DNA from: Tubulanus polymorphus
Lineage: Eukaryota > Animalia > Nemertea
Reading direction: 5' to 3'
DNA length: 64,000 nucleotides
Assembly: GCF_964204645.1 (NCBI RefSeq)
Contig: NC_134026.1
Coordinates: 29,918,150-29,982,149 of the forward strand
A program made the position numbers and the translations under genes. The notes below the pieces were generated by a model. That model was not told the origin of the DNA, did not search any database, and saw only the letters and a list, made by a program, of their open reading frames with translations. The stretch's first letter is position 1. Each line of letters begins with the position of its first letter. Below, piece after piece: positions 41,309 to 53,472 of the stretch.

Positions 41309-44300
41309 TTAATTTGAACCTCGTGTTGTTATCATGTTGTTGCACCACAGCACGAATGTCGATAAATGCTCCTGAATTGTGACCAGCGATTGCGACAGGA
41401 ATTGTTGAAGGTTTTCCGGAGAAAGTTTGCCACTGAAATAATAATCAAACGACAATTGATTGAATCGGGGTATATGAGATTTAAACTCGTAACAGATTAG
41501 TGACAGTAATACTTACACAAATACATTTTCGAGTAACCATAGCCAGATAATACGCATGTAAAAGACGACTGTTTGCCACAATAAGTAGCTGTATTGTAAG
41601 AATATCTCCCAACCTGCTACGACATACGCGGCAACAGTTTCAAACAAATCGTACGGAAAATTGTCTTTCACCTGAAAATAACAGGAAACAGGTTCGATAC
41701 AGTGTCAATTTCCATAGTTCAGCAAGTTCCATGTTCTTTGAGTTTAGAGTTTAAAATCCTAACTTTAACTCTGAAGGCGAACCTTTCCAACAGCTTAGTA
41801 GAACACTAGGTCCTGTATTATTAGTAGATTGCGTAGGACTTACCCATGTTACAAGTTCAGGTGATTTCTCTTTGACGTTATCGATAACCGGTTGTAAAGT
41901 GTCCATTAAACTTGTAAGGAATACTCCGAGTTTAGCCCAGATAAGTAACAAGTAAGGATAGCTTATTTCTACTGCACGACTGTAGTAAACTGGTACATTT
42001 TCATTCAACCAACTGCAAATAAATGACATATAAATGAATATAAATCAAAACAAATTTTACGCTACTGTCAATCAATCTATATTCCAAACCCCCATCAGAC
42101 AATCTGATGGGATAATTGAGACCGTCTGCTGTCTGGACCCACCCTCAATCTGCTATCTGGTCCCACCCTCAATCTGCTGTCTGGACCCACCCTCAATCTG
42201 CTATCTGGACCCACCCTCAATCTGCTATCTGGACCCACCCTCAATCTGCTGTCTGGACCCACCCTCAATCTGCTGTCTGGACCCACCCTCAATCTGCTAT
42301 CTGGACCCACCCTCAATCTGCTATCTGGACACACCCTCAATCTGCTGTCTGGACCCACCCTCAATCGGCTGTCTGGACCCACCCTCAATCTGCTATCTGG
42401 ACCACCCTCAATCTGCCATCTGGACCCACCCTCGATCTCCTGCCTGTACTCCTTCCCATATTCTCCAGTCCAGACCCAAGGCAATTTTACTTGTACCCCG
42501 TAAACGAATTGGTTTTTACCAAACATCCACAGAGACATCGACATTTTATCAGCAGGTATGGAAAACGAGTTCATCAAGACATCGCCCATCAAATGGTGAT
42601 CATCTGAGGGGGGGTAGAATACAGACAGTTAATGTATTGGATACTTACTCATAAACCTTCAAACTGTATAGTTTTGTTAGTGCGATTACTTGAATGGAAA
42701 ATGCTAAAACACCAGTGTCTTCAAGAATACGGTAAGTTCTCGATCCTAAAAACAGAACATTCAAACGATGATCATCATTAACTCTTTACACCGAACAGAT
42801 AAACAACAAATACAGCAATATGTTATACCTTTAAATCCATTATTGATAAGGAAATCATAAGCGAGCAACGCGATTACAACGCCAAATACTGCCAGGAATA
42901 ACGACCCCCACGGGAACCGAAAACCGCACAGTTTCTTCGATATTATTTCCTGCAAGAGAAATTATTCGAATTGATCATAAAACTGAACGTTACTCGACGG
43001 AGAGTTTCAATATATGATCGATTGATTACCTTGCAAGTCACGGAGCATACAATAAATCCTTCCGGTTCATCCTTATCGTAAATAATTCCATCATTCGTAA
43101 TATCGAACGCACGAATCGTATCTCTCAACAAAACCTTATTAATCTTAGTCGAATTCACCGTGTCCCAATTATCAAGTATATGCTCCAACAGAACTCTGTA
43201 ACAGACGCAGGACGAGATGTGTTCAATATTCCAGTCATGTTTCAAACTATTTTACCGTAAACTGCATTCGCTATGGAACCAGTTAACTCGTAACATTCAT
43301 CATAGGCCACAAACTCTCCTCGCTGACGAAGATGCAAATGGTCCAGCGAGATTCGAGTCTTACGTAATAACATACATACCCCGATTCCGGCAAGTGTTTC
43401 AAATACATTTGACGCCAAAGACTGAAGCACTGTTTATCTTTCTCTAAACAAACGATCAGACAGGATAATAGCTGTAAAATATCAAACAAACAAACACTGA
43501 TCTCGTTAATCAGAATCTCTCTACGCATTCAGAAAAATCGATAATTACACGTAAAAATACCTCTTCGCGGAACGGAGTATAGCCATCTGGTTTCAAACGC
43601 GCCAGGAATGAAGGGAAGAAATCATGCAACGTGTTCTCCTGATTATCACCAAATGCAATTTCCTAAAATAAGAGTTTTCCCAGATTTTTTGATTCCCTGA
43701 ATTTTCCAGGTTTTCCAGATCAGTGGCCCCCCTATAAGTGATGCGACTTAACCGATGTCAGACGGCTTGAAATTTGAATCAGACGGCATTTACCTTGAAT
43801 TTTGGATAAATTCCGCGCAGTTGTTTTTGTAGTTGAGTCGGTAGTGTGTTAGTTCCGGAATGAACGACGTCTAGAACGGGGAAGAAATCTCGAAACGTAA
43901 CGGAAGAATATGCTTTCTTCAAATCTTTGTGATGAATCAATAACCGTTCGAGATAACCGACGGAATACGCTGTCAGCGACCTTAATCCTAATACTGGCAA
44001 CATTACATCCAACCAGACTGAAATAGAAAATCGTGTCGCGACATTTAAAACATGAGGAAATAACAGAATTCAGAGAAAAGAGGGCAATAGCTTACCGCGT
44101 AGACCAGCAGATAGATCATTAGCTCCACACTGACCTATGCACCATAAAATCGATAAACATCGTAACGGTCGATTTTTATGCAACTTAATAAGATCCAAGT
44201 ACTGCGAATAATATAGAGATAAAGATGAATTAAGAGAAATACAGCAGAATATCACTGATTTTCATCGTGTGCAATATAATGAAATGTAGCCAATATTTCG

Positions 44301-46147
44301 GTAACCGAGTTTTCCTAAAATGGTTTTGATATTGATCCGTAAGATTATAGATGAGGAGAGAATCCCACAATGATAATAAAAAGTCCGAAAATGAAACTTC
44401 GAGATAGTAGTTTATTTCAACGTTTCGACTATATCCTAATAGTCATCTTCAGGAATAATTATTATTCCTGAATAATCATTATTCCTGAAGATGACTATTA
44501 GGATAAAGTCGAAACGTTGAAATAAACTACTATCTCGAAGTTTCATTTTCGGACTTTTTATTATCATTGTGGGATTCTCTCCTCATCGCATCAACACGGA
44601 TATAGTGTTCTACCAATCGTGATCGTAAGATTATAGTTGAAGATGAAGCCTCTTACCTGCGATAAGTTTTTGACTACAATCTGTGGATGATTGAAAGCTA
44701 CTAATTGTATAAATATCTGGAATCCATACAACGATAAATCTGTAAGAAAATGAAAATTTTTAATCGCGTGGATAAAAACCAGAGAAACTTTCACGGCGTT
44801 TTCGTTACCATTACCATTTCCTACATCAGCTATCACTGATTTAACGCAATGTTCGAAGAATAATTCTAAAACTGCGGTCGGAGCTTGTTTAAGTATCTTA
44901 CGAAACGCTTTCTTACAAGATTCCGGTAACAAATTCTGCGGATATTCTGAAGAAAAGTAGATGGTTAGCAATTAATCATCACCGATGATAATTGCAACAA
45001 AAATTTCAATTTAGTAGCATAAAGAAGAAAATTTATATCATATTGTAGTGTAGTATGCATTATCACCAGAATGAGCCATTGGCTCAATTATTTACCTAAG
45101 AAATATTGTGTTGGCCAAATATCAACTCTAGGACACTTCCCAAGAAAATTGTCAATTTTCTGAAGGGAAATTGGGCCTTTGTAAGTGAACACCATTAAAA
45201 GGATGTCAATATTTAAGTATTTATTGGTTGATTTTCAAGAAAAAGTGCTTTGATAGTGGGAACATTGACATTTGAACTATGCTACAAGGACGTGAAGTGT
45301 AAAATGAATTTCCTAAACATTTCTCGGATTGGAGGAAAGTATTTCCAAAGGGGAAATAAGTTATTGAATCATCAAATTGTTCCATATACTGTGGATACCA
45401 CCACGCTAGGAAGAAACTACCTGTAGGTTTGCCCTCGAACGCAGGGTCATCGGCTTTGACATCTTCTAACTTTAAATTTATAAAAGACGCCAGATCTTTC
45501 AACCAAATAGATGGTGACTCCGGGAATGTAGACATATCATTAGCAAGAAGTGATTCGATTTCATTTGTGTTTATCTACAACAGTAAGATAGAAAAATAAA
45601 CTTCTATTTCGTTAATTATCATATATATTTTAGAGGAATAATTTTATGAAAAAACGATCACGTCCCCGTGATTATATAAGTAATTGGCTTATTGTGACTC
45701 ACCAATTTCATACCCTGTTCTAGAGTAATTTTAGGTGTATGATGTTTCTTCAATTGAGATTGTGGTTTCTTTGATTTTGATGCTGCTGCAGGTCTCTTAC
45801 TGTTAGCGCTGCCATTCATGTGCTCAGTTGTCACTGGTTTACTTTGCTCCGATGTTCTGTCACGTTCTGTGAAGGCATCGTAGATCGTAGAAGATTCTTT
45901 TAAAGGCGCTACAAAAAAGGAGTGCGTATTTGAGTGAATAAAATTGATTTGAATTGGTACAACCGGTCCATATTTAACGTCATAATTTCCCACTTTGATT
46001 GTAAACAAAAATTTAAGTTTTACCATTGCGTTCAATACGAGGCATACTCTCTATAAATGTCTTAGTCTGATATTTAGATGATGTTTTACTGGCATTTTTC
46101 GTAGGTTTTTTAGCGGTCTTGCCAACAACTTCCCAATGAGTCGCCAT
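41309..46147 (-). CDS. TMEM214: Transmembrane protein 214, multi-exon
   Basis: MATHWEVVGK N-terminus, FPESPSIWLKDLASFINLKL, CLSILWCIGQCG, LHDFFPSFLAR, TM segment FPWGSLFLAVFGVVIALLAYD, LYSLKVYDWLNENVPVYY. Stop TAA at 41309-41311. Confidence 0.88.
42125..42436. repeat. 24-bp minisatellite, about 13 copies, in a TMEM214 intron
   Basis: Unit TCTGCTRTCTGGACCCACCCTCAA repeated with few substitutions and one 1-bp deletion. Confidence 0.95.
44350..44587. mobile_element. Palindromic element with about 110-bp arms, each carrying a minimal hammerhead-ribozyme motif (Penelope-like pLTR derivative)
   Basis: 44350-44459 is the near-perfect reverse complement of 44478-44587. The core CTGAAGA-T-GACT..AGTC-GAAACGTT lies at 44485-44518 and is mirrored on the minus strand. 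Confidence 0.75.
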
Positions 46148-46171
46148 TTTCTTTGCCGGGTGTAACGCAAT

Positions 46172-46330
46172 CATATACGAGCTATCCATGTTCCCCTCAC
46201 GACCCGTTACCAGCTCGACCTGTTCCTACTTTGTCTAGTTGGGAGCGGTCGAGCTGGAAACGGGTCGAGAGGGACACGTGGATAGTTCATTAGACTGGTT
46301 GCGTGGTAACCAGTCTAGATAGTTCATATG
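46172..46330. mobile_element. Hairpin-type MITE with a nested 27-bp mini-palindrome directly upstream of the TMEM214 ATG
   Basis: Imperfect inverted repeat 46179-46288. TAGACTGGTTGCGTGGTAACCAGTCTA (46291-46317) is flanked by a 10-bp duplication GATAGTTCAT. Confidence 0.6.
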
Positions 46331-46406
46331 CAAGTCAACGCAATATATGAAACCCGGATGCGGAGCTGAGTGGCTCCGAGAATATCAAAATTACATCATT
46401 CATTAG

Positions 46407-46684
46407 TACCAGTGTTCACAAGTCCCGCAGGGCCCGGCCGAGGTTTATTACAACCCCCTTCCTGGCTAGGGGCTCTAAATGGGTGTCCCTCTTCTCACAC
46501 TTTTTACTATGAATATGGCTCGATCACGGGCCTCCATTTCCTCGTGGCACAATAGAGGATCCTCCTCAATGCGCTGACCACTGGGTCGAGTACGCGCACC
46601 TCCCAAAATAGGTACAAGGACAGCCGACGGAGGCCAACAGGGGGACCTACGTATTCCCTGCAACACGCGTAGGGAACACCGGTA
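46407..46684. mobile_element. GC-rich structured insertion with short terminal inverted repeats and TA flanks (possible Tc1/mariner-type MITE)
   Basis: TA|CCAGTGTTC ... GAACACCGG|TA. Clearly higher GC than its surroundings. Confidence 0.4.
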
Positions 46685-49033
46685 ATGATAAATGGTAATT
46701 TAATCACTGAAATATTTCTTTTTTGGGATCAAACATATATGCCTAGTGACCATTGCATTAACTATTAATAATTGCTGGAGTTAATAGTTAGGTAAGTGCC
46801 AACATAGAAATGCGAGTTGTCTGCACATCTCCAGTGATAGCCGCCGCCTCACTATTTATACCCGTCGGTCCCAAGCGAAAAGAATGGCGCTCAATTTATC
46901 AATGTGACATCCACTATCGGTGCAACCGCGAGATCCAATTAAGTCGCACGACCGCGGGAGCAATCTGTCTAATCCGATGGTCCTATTAAATTAAGGTCCC
47001 ATTGACTAAAATCTATAACTCACCGGCTTAGTACCGGTATTTTATACGCATGACTAAAGATAACACGATATTTATGCAGTATCTGTAAAAAAGATATGCA
47101 TTTACAGCAATACATTGATGAGAAAAAAACTATTCATTTGCCAAAAATATAGAATTAGCCCTAAATACATTTCAATTCGTTGAATTTTTTTTTAATCCGC
47201 CGTTTATGCTCTATTGCCTACGAGCATTCTAAACAGAGTTTATCATTGATCTAGATTTGCTGTGTTTTTTTCACAGGCTTCCAATCCTCGCTTGCCAGCA
47301 GCGATTTAAGCCGCTTTCATCAACGACATGTAATGTTGTCAGGAATGTGTCAATACATTTCATGCATTCGGTATTAATTTTTGTCGCCGGAGACGTCGTC
47401 AGTGATGATACACGTCGCTGCGACGACATTTGATGAAGAATCGACGGCTCGATCCACACCAAATTCCCATCCGTTATTTCCTCAACTCCGCGCCGACATC
47501 TCGTCGTAGATCAAGTAGGCTATTGACGTTTTTGCATCACAGAAGATCGATTACCAGAATTCAAAATGCTTTCTGCAGCCCGAGGCTAAAAACTGTTTAT
47601 TACGTACAAACGAGAATTCTGCAAATAAAATATCACTGGTTTGTCGCCACACCACATCCGTATTAGCAGCAGCGTCCATCGATATGTATATCCCTCATCG
47701 CTCGATCAGCTTTTAGATTTTGGATACGGATGCCTCATCTCAGATCATCCTCCTCCTTAGTCTACAAAGCTTTTCTAGAATCTATCGTCCAGGTCGCCTA
47801 ATTAGGCTGGTAACTTGAAATGTTTAATTGATTCTTTCCTCCCTGAAAAGACATGGTGCAACTGCGATAGTAACATCCATCGGGGGACAGTAAAATTCCT
47901 CCAAAAACAAATGCAGTCGGCTTATGCTTGCTCCTCGCTATAAACAATTAATAACTCGTTAGAATCGCCGACACTTCGCACTTAAAAGCTATTCGAACAG
48001 TTACTAAAGGATTTTTCATTATTTTCAAATTTGATTTTTTGTTGTTCTCAAGACGCTTCCTTACTGTTCCGTTCGCATTTTTGTATTATACACCGTGTCT
48101 GTCCCATGTAATTAATTAATTAGAAATTAATAAGTTAAGAAGTTAATTAATTAGAAATCCTGAATATTGATATCAATAGCAATATCATATTCATAAAATT
48201 CTGCTAGAAAATAATGCAGATTTTGTTAGTATACGTTTTCATGTTTTCATATTCCGGCGTATATAAGTTACAGGCCTTGTCTTGTTTGTTCTTTTGCATA
48301 AAGTGTTTACGTATTCCTTCTGACAATCAGCGCCGAAACCTTAGAAAATTCAGCCATCGTCAGAGAAGCTTTTCATCATTGTCTGCTTGAAGTCTTCTAA
48401 TTTCATCTATTTGATGTGAGCCACTGTCTGATACAGGCGTGTATACCTTTCTACTTTTCTTTCCCGTTTGCATAATAGTCTTTCATTTCACGAGACTCGC
48501 CACACTTTAAACGTTAATGACGAGAGACGATTTATCTAATCAATTCGTAGAACAATTAGAACCCAATTATACGTGAACGCTAATGCGTATTGGAAGAAAA
48601 TAGAGAAAGAGAAATGACATTAAATTTCAGTTTGTCTCGCTTCCAATTGGTGTCAGTGTGACTGAATCGATCGCTGCAACAATTGCAGCATCCTATGCGA
48701 CACTGCGCCACCGTTAACGGCGAAAACTTGTCAATATGAGAGCATCAGTATAAACCGGGAGAGCAGGTTTATACTGAGTCATACCATACATCGAACAGAA
48801 AGCGCGGCGACGTTGTTTTTGAGCGATCGGATGGCGACTGACGCCAAGCGTAATGTTCGCTGTATCGTAAAGCAGAATATTCATGCGACAACAACGCGAT
48901 GCTAGGATGGAAATACATCAGAGTGACGTCAAGTGTGAAATACAAACATATGAAGGTAAAACACTCTCATTTATAGACTAGATTAGATTGGACATCAAGA
49001 GTTGATGACAGCGATGTGAGATATCTGTTCATA

Positions 49034-50470
49034 ATGCGACTCCGGTACGTACTGATTCTACAGCTCGCTTTCATTTGTACTTTGCATGTAATTTATGCAT
49101 GTCCACCAGAATGTTTCTGCAACCCGATAATAAAATCCGTCAACTGTCAGAACAAAGGGTTGAAAACAATACCGAAACGTATGCCGAAAGAGACTCTCGA
49201 AATGAACATGAATAAGAATGAATTCGAAATATCGACTTTACGCAGGAATAATTTCAGCGATTTTCGACAGTTGAGACAACTGTTTCTGAGCGGATGCGGT
49301 ATTAAAGCTATCACTGTTGGATCATTCATCGATTTAATTAATTTGAAATGGCTCGATCTGAGTCAAAATCGAATCAAAGACTTGCAAGATTTTACATTTC
49401 GTGGCCTTAGTCTCGACCAGCTGTTCATATCTGGGAACGACGGTATAGTGTTACACAAAGACACGTTTAACGGATTGAAAGCGAAAGGTTTATATCTGAC
49501 TCACTGTGGACTGAAAGAGATCAATGCAAGGCTACTGACGCCATTGAACGATAGTTTGAACTATTTATGGTTGAATCACAACCGCATCCGAAGTTTGAGT
49601 CCGCATTTACATCGCGTATTCAAAAACATGCGACATCTGCGTATAACCGACAACCCGCTTCATTGTAACTGCCGCATGAAATGGTTTAAACGATTTTACG
49701 ATAGTCACATGTCAAAATTCGATGAATCGCCGGCTCCTTCTTGCGCTTCACCGTCGCACGCTCATCATCGCGGTTTCGGAACCCTTTCTCTCGAAGATTT
49801 CAGATGTCAACCTCCAACATTCAACGATGTCGATTTACTTTTCTCGAACGAGAAGGGTATACTGAGTTGTACGGCTAGCGGGGATCCGGCTCCAACTCTG
49901 ATCTGGGTGAAACCTAACGGGGAAAGAAAAATATTCTTCCCGCGTTACAACGAGCCGGCGGTGAAAACAGACGCAGTTATGCGTATAACACACGGAGAAG
50001 ATTTATATACTGGTGGTTATGAGTGTATGGCGACGAATGACGGAGGTAACGTTACCCTGAAGCTAAACGTATCGTGGCCAAAAATCGAGAAAAAAACCAT
50101 CATTCGTTACGTGGGACTGAATGAATCCAGCGCCACGATCGATACTACTGATATATTCAAAAAGGGCGCAGGGACAATTTATGGCGTCAAGAAAAACAAG
50201 CAGAACAGTAACGAAAAATCATTTACGATGATTCAGCTGATTATTGCTGTAGCTGGTACATTTGTCGCTACGTTACTCGTTTGCTTACTTGTCTTTCAAA
50301 TTGTATCAAAGATCCGGGCGAATCAGGTACCGAGGAATCGTTTGGATAATTCGCATTACACGACCGCTCAGCAATGTGCAAAACCGATTGCGAGCAATAG
50401 CGCATATCTGAACAACAGGGCTGATGACGATGATCTCTATATGAGAATTAATGATCTTCCCCACAGATGA
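49034..50470 (+). CDS. Leucine-rich repeat and Ig-domain type I transmembrane protein (LIG family; kekkon/LRRC24/LINGO-like), intronless CDS, 478 aa
   Basis: Signal peptide, LRRNT CPPECFC...VNCQNKGL, several LxxLxLxxNxI repeats, LRRCT NPLHCNC...C, Ig domain LSCTASGDPAPTLIW...GGYECMATNDGG, TM segment LIIAVAGTFVATLLVCLLVFQIV, short tail. Confidence 0.9.
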   Translation: MRLRYVLILQLAFICTLHVIYACPPECFCNPIIKSVNCQNKGLKTIPKRMPKETLEMNMNKNEFEISTLRRNNFSDFRQLRQLFLSGCGIKAITVGSFIDLINLKWLDLSQNRIKDLQDFTFRGLSLDQLFISGNDGIVLHKDTFNGLKAKGLYLTHCGLKEINARLLTPLNDSLNYLWLNHNRIRSLSPHLHRVFKNMRHLRITDNPLHCNCRMKWFKRFYDSHMSKFDESPAPSCASPSHAHHRGFGTLSLEDFRCQPPTFNDVDLLFSNEKGILSCTASGDPAPTLIWVKPNGERKIFFPRYNEPAVKTDAVMRITHGEDLYTGGYECMATNDGGNVTLKLNVSWPKIEKKTIIRYVGLNESSATIDTTDIFKKGAGTIYGVKKNKQNSNEKSFTMIQLIIAVAGTFVATLLVCLLVFQIVSKIRANQVPRNRLDNSHYTTAQQCAKPIASNSAYLNNRADDDDLYMRINDLPHR

Positions 50471-53260
50471 TAACTCGATCAGATTCACTGCATGTTATCG
50501 TACCGAAAAATCGACGAAAAAAACAGTTTGGTTTCTTTTTAGGATCAGGGAGAAAAATTACTTTAAAAAGATAATCATCGAATTGTTCAGATACGTGTTT
50601 GGAAAACGGCGATGATATCAGTTTATTATGTGGTCGTTTGGCCTTTATGAATAACGTAAATGGAATGCCACGTTTCATGTGCGCAAATGAAAATGCTTTA
50701 AAAAGATGTGTACATATATTTTTTCGTATCGTGACGTGTTTGCTTTAATAGAAGTTATGATAATGACTACACGATCGTCGATTTATAGATTTGACTGTTT
50801 GATGTAAATGCCTTGATCGCTACAGGACATCCGTGCAGTCAGATTGAAAACAGATATAGATATTTATAGACATACGACGCGATGGCTTTTAGAATTTACA
50901 AAAAAAGCCAAGCTGAAATCGAATGTGTATATTTATATTTACATTTCATTTTACTGTGCGCAATATACGTAGGTTCGTGACGTCATGCCGTGACGTCGTT
51001 GCGCATCGATGACGTCACTTCGGCGTGTCCTCTTTTCAAAAATGTTGGTATATAGTTTAACCTTTTTCGAACTAGTGGCAGAAATTATCAATGTTTATAA
51101 GAAACTACGGTTTCTATACTATGGACGCTTCATGCTTATTTAAAAGCTCTGAAAAAATATATTGGAATTCATGCAAAACGTTCGCCTGATGAAGAAAAAA
51201 ACCATGGCAACGCATGACTCGGGCCGGGAGATTCGTTTGCATCACGCGAAGCATTTAGCTACTCTTTAGACTGGAGTCCCATCAGGCGTATATTGATTAA
51301 ATCAATAAAGGACGGTAGCAAATTTACCTCCCAATTGTTTCACTTCACCCATACACAAGCAAACAATCAACGCTCTCTGATTCGTAACTTAATTTATTTC
51401 CTCGGATCAGAAATAGTTTGCGAAAAACTCGATAAATTGGCTACCGAAAAGTAAATGCATTCGAACATTGCGCTGATGGTAATTGGACGAACAATCAGGT
51501 TGTATGGGAAGTTCCGCCAGTCTGCATTTATTTTGGTAATAAATCGGGAATCGAATCCAAAGATTATAGCAGTTCGCGATATTATTGGTTTATCATATTC
51601 GCGGGTTATTGACCAAGTAAACTCGGATTTACACACGAAATTATGTTATTCAAAAGCAGTTTGTCAATGCAACCACAAAGGACTAAAATATAAAGAGTTT
51701 GTTATCGAACTCGGCATAGATTTTTTGCGACTAACATTGTTAGAGCCTCGTGTTGTTTATCGACTTTAACATCTGCGCACAGCTTTTATGTCCATGTCCG
51801 TAATGATTGTACACGTGTGCATATATGGCCGCTAAATTTTTCGAAGCAGAATCAATGTAACCCAATGAATAAAACATATGTAATATCGCTGCGCACATCA
51901 TCGAGGGAAAACTTGAATAACGTGACTTAAATATTCTTTTCACATATCTATCTTTAGCTCATTTTTTCTGTCTATGAATCGGAAGAAAAGATATCTTAAT
52001 TCGAAATATGCTAAAAAAGACTGTGTACATATATGATTGATTTCGTGTTTCATTTTCTTGTAAATACGTACGTGTATATGACGACTTATATATACAAATA
52101 TCGTTAATTGTAACGAAAAAATTAAAAACTGTAGAATTTTGACCTTAAGAAGATCAAATTCGTTTGTGGTTTATCACTTTGAAAAGAAACTCTGCGGTGG
52201 CAGTTCAAAATGTTTGACTTGTTATACGATAATTTTCATCCTGTTTAAGAAAGTCATTCCTTCCAATTTCCGTCCGTCACGTTTGCCATTCAAATTCACT
52301 TTTCTCATCCATGTAACGCTTAACGATGACGGGCAATCGTCTCACGTCCGCCATTTCCACCATACCGGAAATAGTCAACGTGCCGTGATTTCATTTTCTG
52401 GCGCAGACGAAACATTTATCTTCGACTTCTAGATTAAAGATGAAAGTGATTCTCAGGAAAAAAAAAGTTTATCACGGATTCAATTTAAAATTCTAAATTA
52501 CGCAGCCATCTTTTACATTCCTCGCCTGCCATTGCCACTGTAGATGAATATGATTCTTTGTCCCCGTGAATTGTGACTATATCGTGCCCTCAGGATCGGA
52601 TATCGCACATTCTACTTTTTACAAATATCGGCGCCCACAGAATTGACAGTTTTTTTCAGGGTTATAACCAGAGGCTGCACTGGTTTTCTTCCCGAAGGCG
52701 TTTCTCATCAATCTCCTATTTCATACCGACTTGTGAAAGGCTATTCATGTATCACAGACGTAGAACTCGGCGTCTCTCACGTTTCACTATATCGTATCGT
52801 GTACTTCTTGCTGATCAAACAAAAAATGACTAAAAAGATGTATTAGCGGCCCATAAACAATAGATGATGGATGATGCTGGACAAAAGTCTTCCAATATCC
52901 CGAACACTCTGAAGGGAAACATAAAATCTGGATTCCATTGCAAAGAGAACGATTATATTTATTATTCATGCGCATACTCTGTATTGAGAATACTTAATTT
53001 GATAATACATCATTCGTAATTCATAGCAGATTCGTGGCAGAGCACACTAGGTTCGTCAATAGTTCATAATACATTAGTGACAGCGGCTCAGGTGTAATGG
53101 TCGTATCACGCAGCGCCTGAAAATAAAAGAACCCCATTTTAAATACGTCATCGTATGATACGTCAGTAAACGGCTTTCAGCTGATCTTCTGGATTTTACC
53201 TTCAGGAAAGTAATCAACTTTATTTTACGCTTAACTGATTTTGAATGATTACACCACTAT

Positions 53261-53472
<212 letters not shown>

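Noticed and set aside
42034-42654. Plus-strand ORFs with DPPSICCL / WTHPQSAV repeats, and a possible CRISPR-like array
   Set aside because: Translations of an intronic 24-bp minisatellite. Units are contiguous with no unique spacers, there are no cas genes, and the context is eukaryotic.
46407-46684. RNase P/MRP, SRP, 7SK or telomerase RNA gene
   Set aside because: The ends pair and the size fits, but the conserved boxes (GAAAGUCCCC or GGAAGGUCUGA, the SRP Alu 5' end, a CUAACCCU template) are absent.
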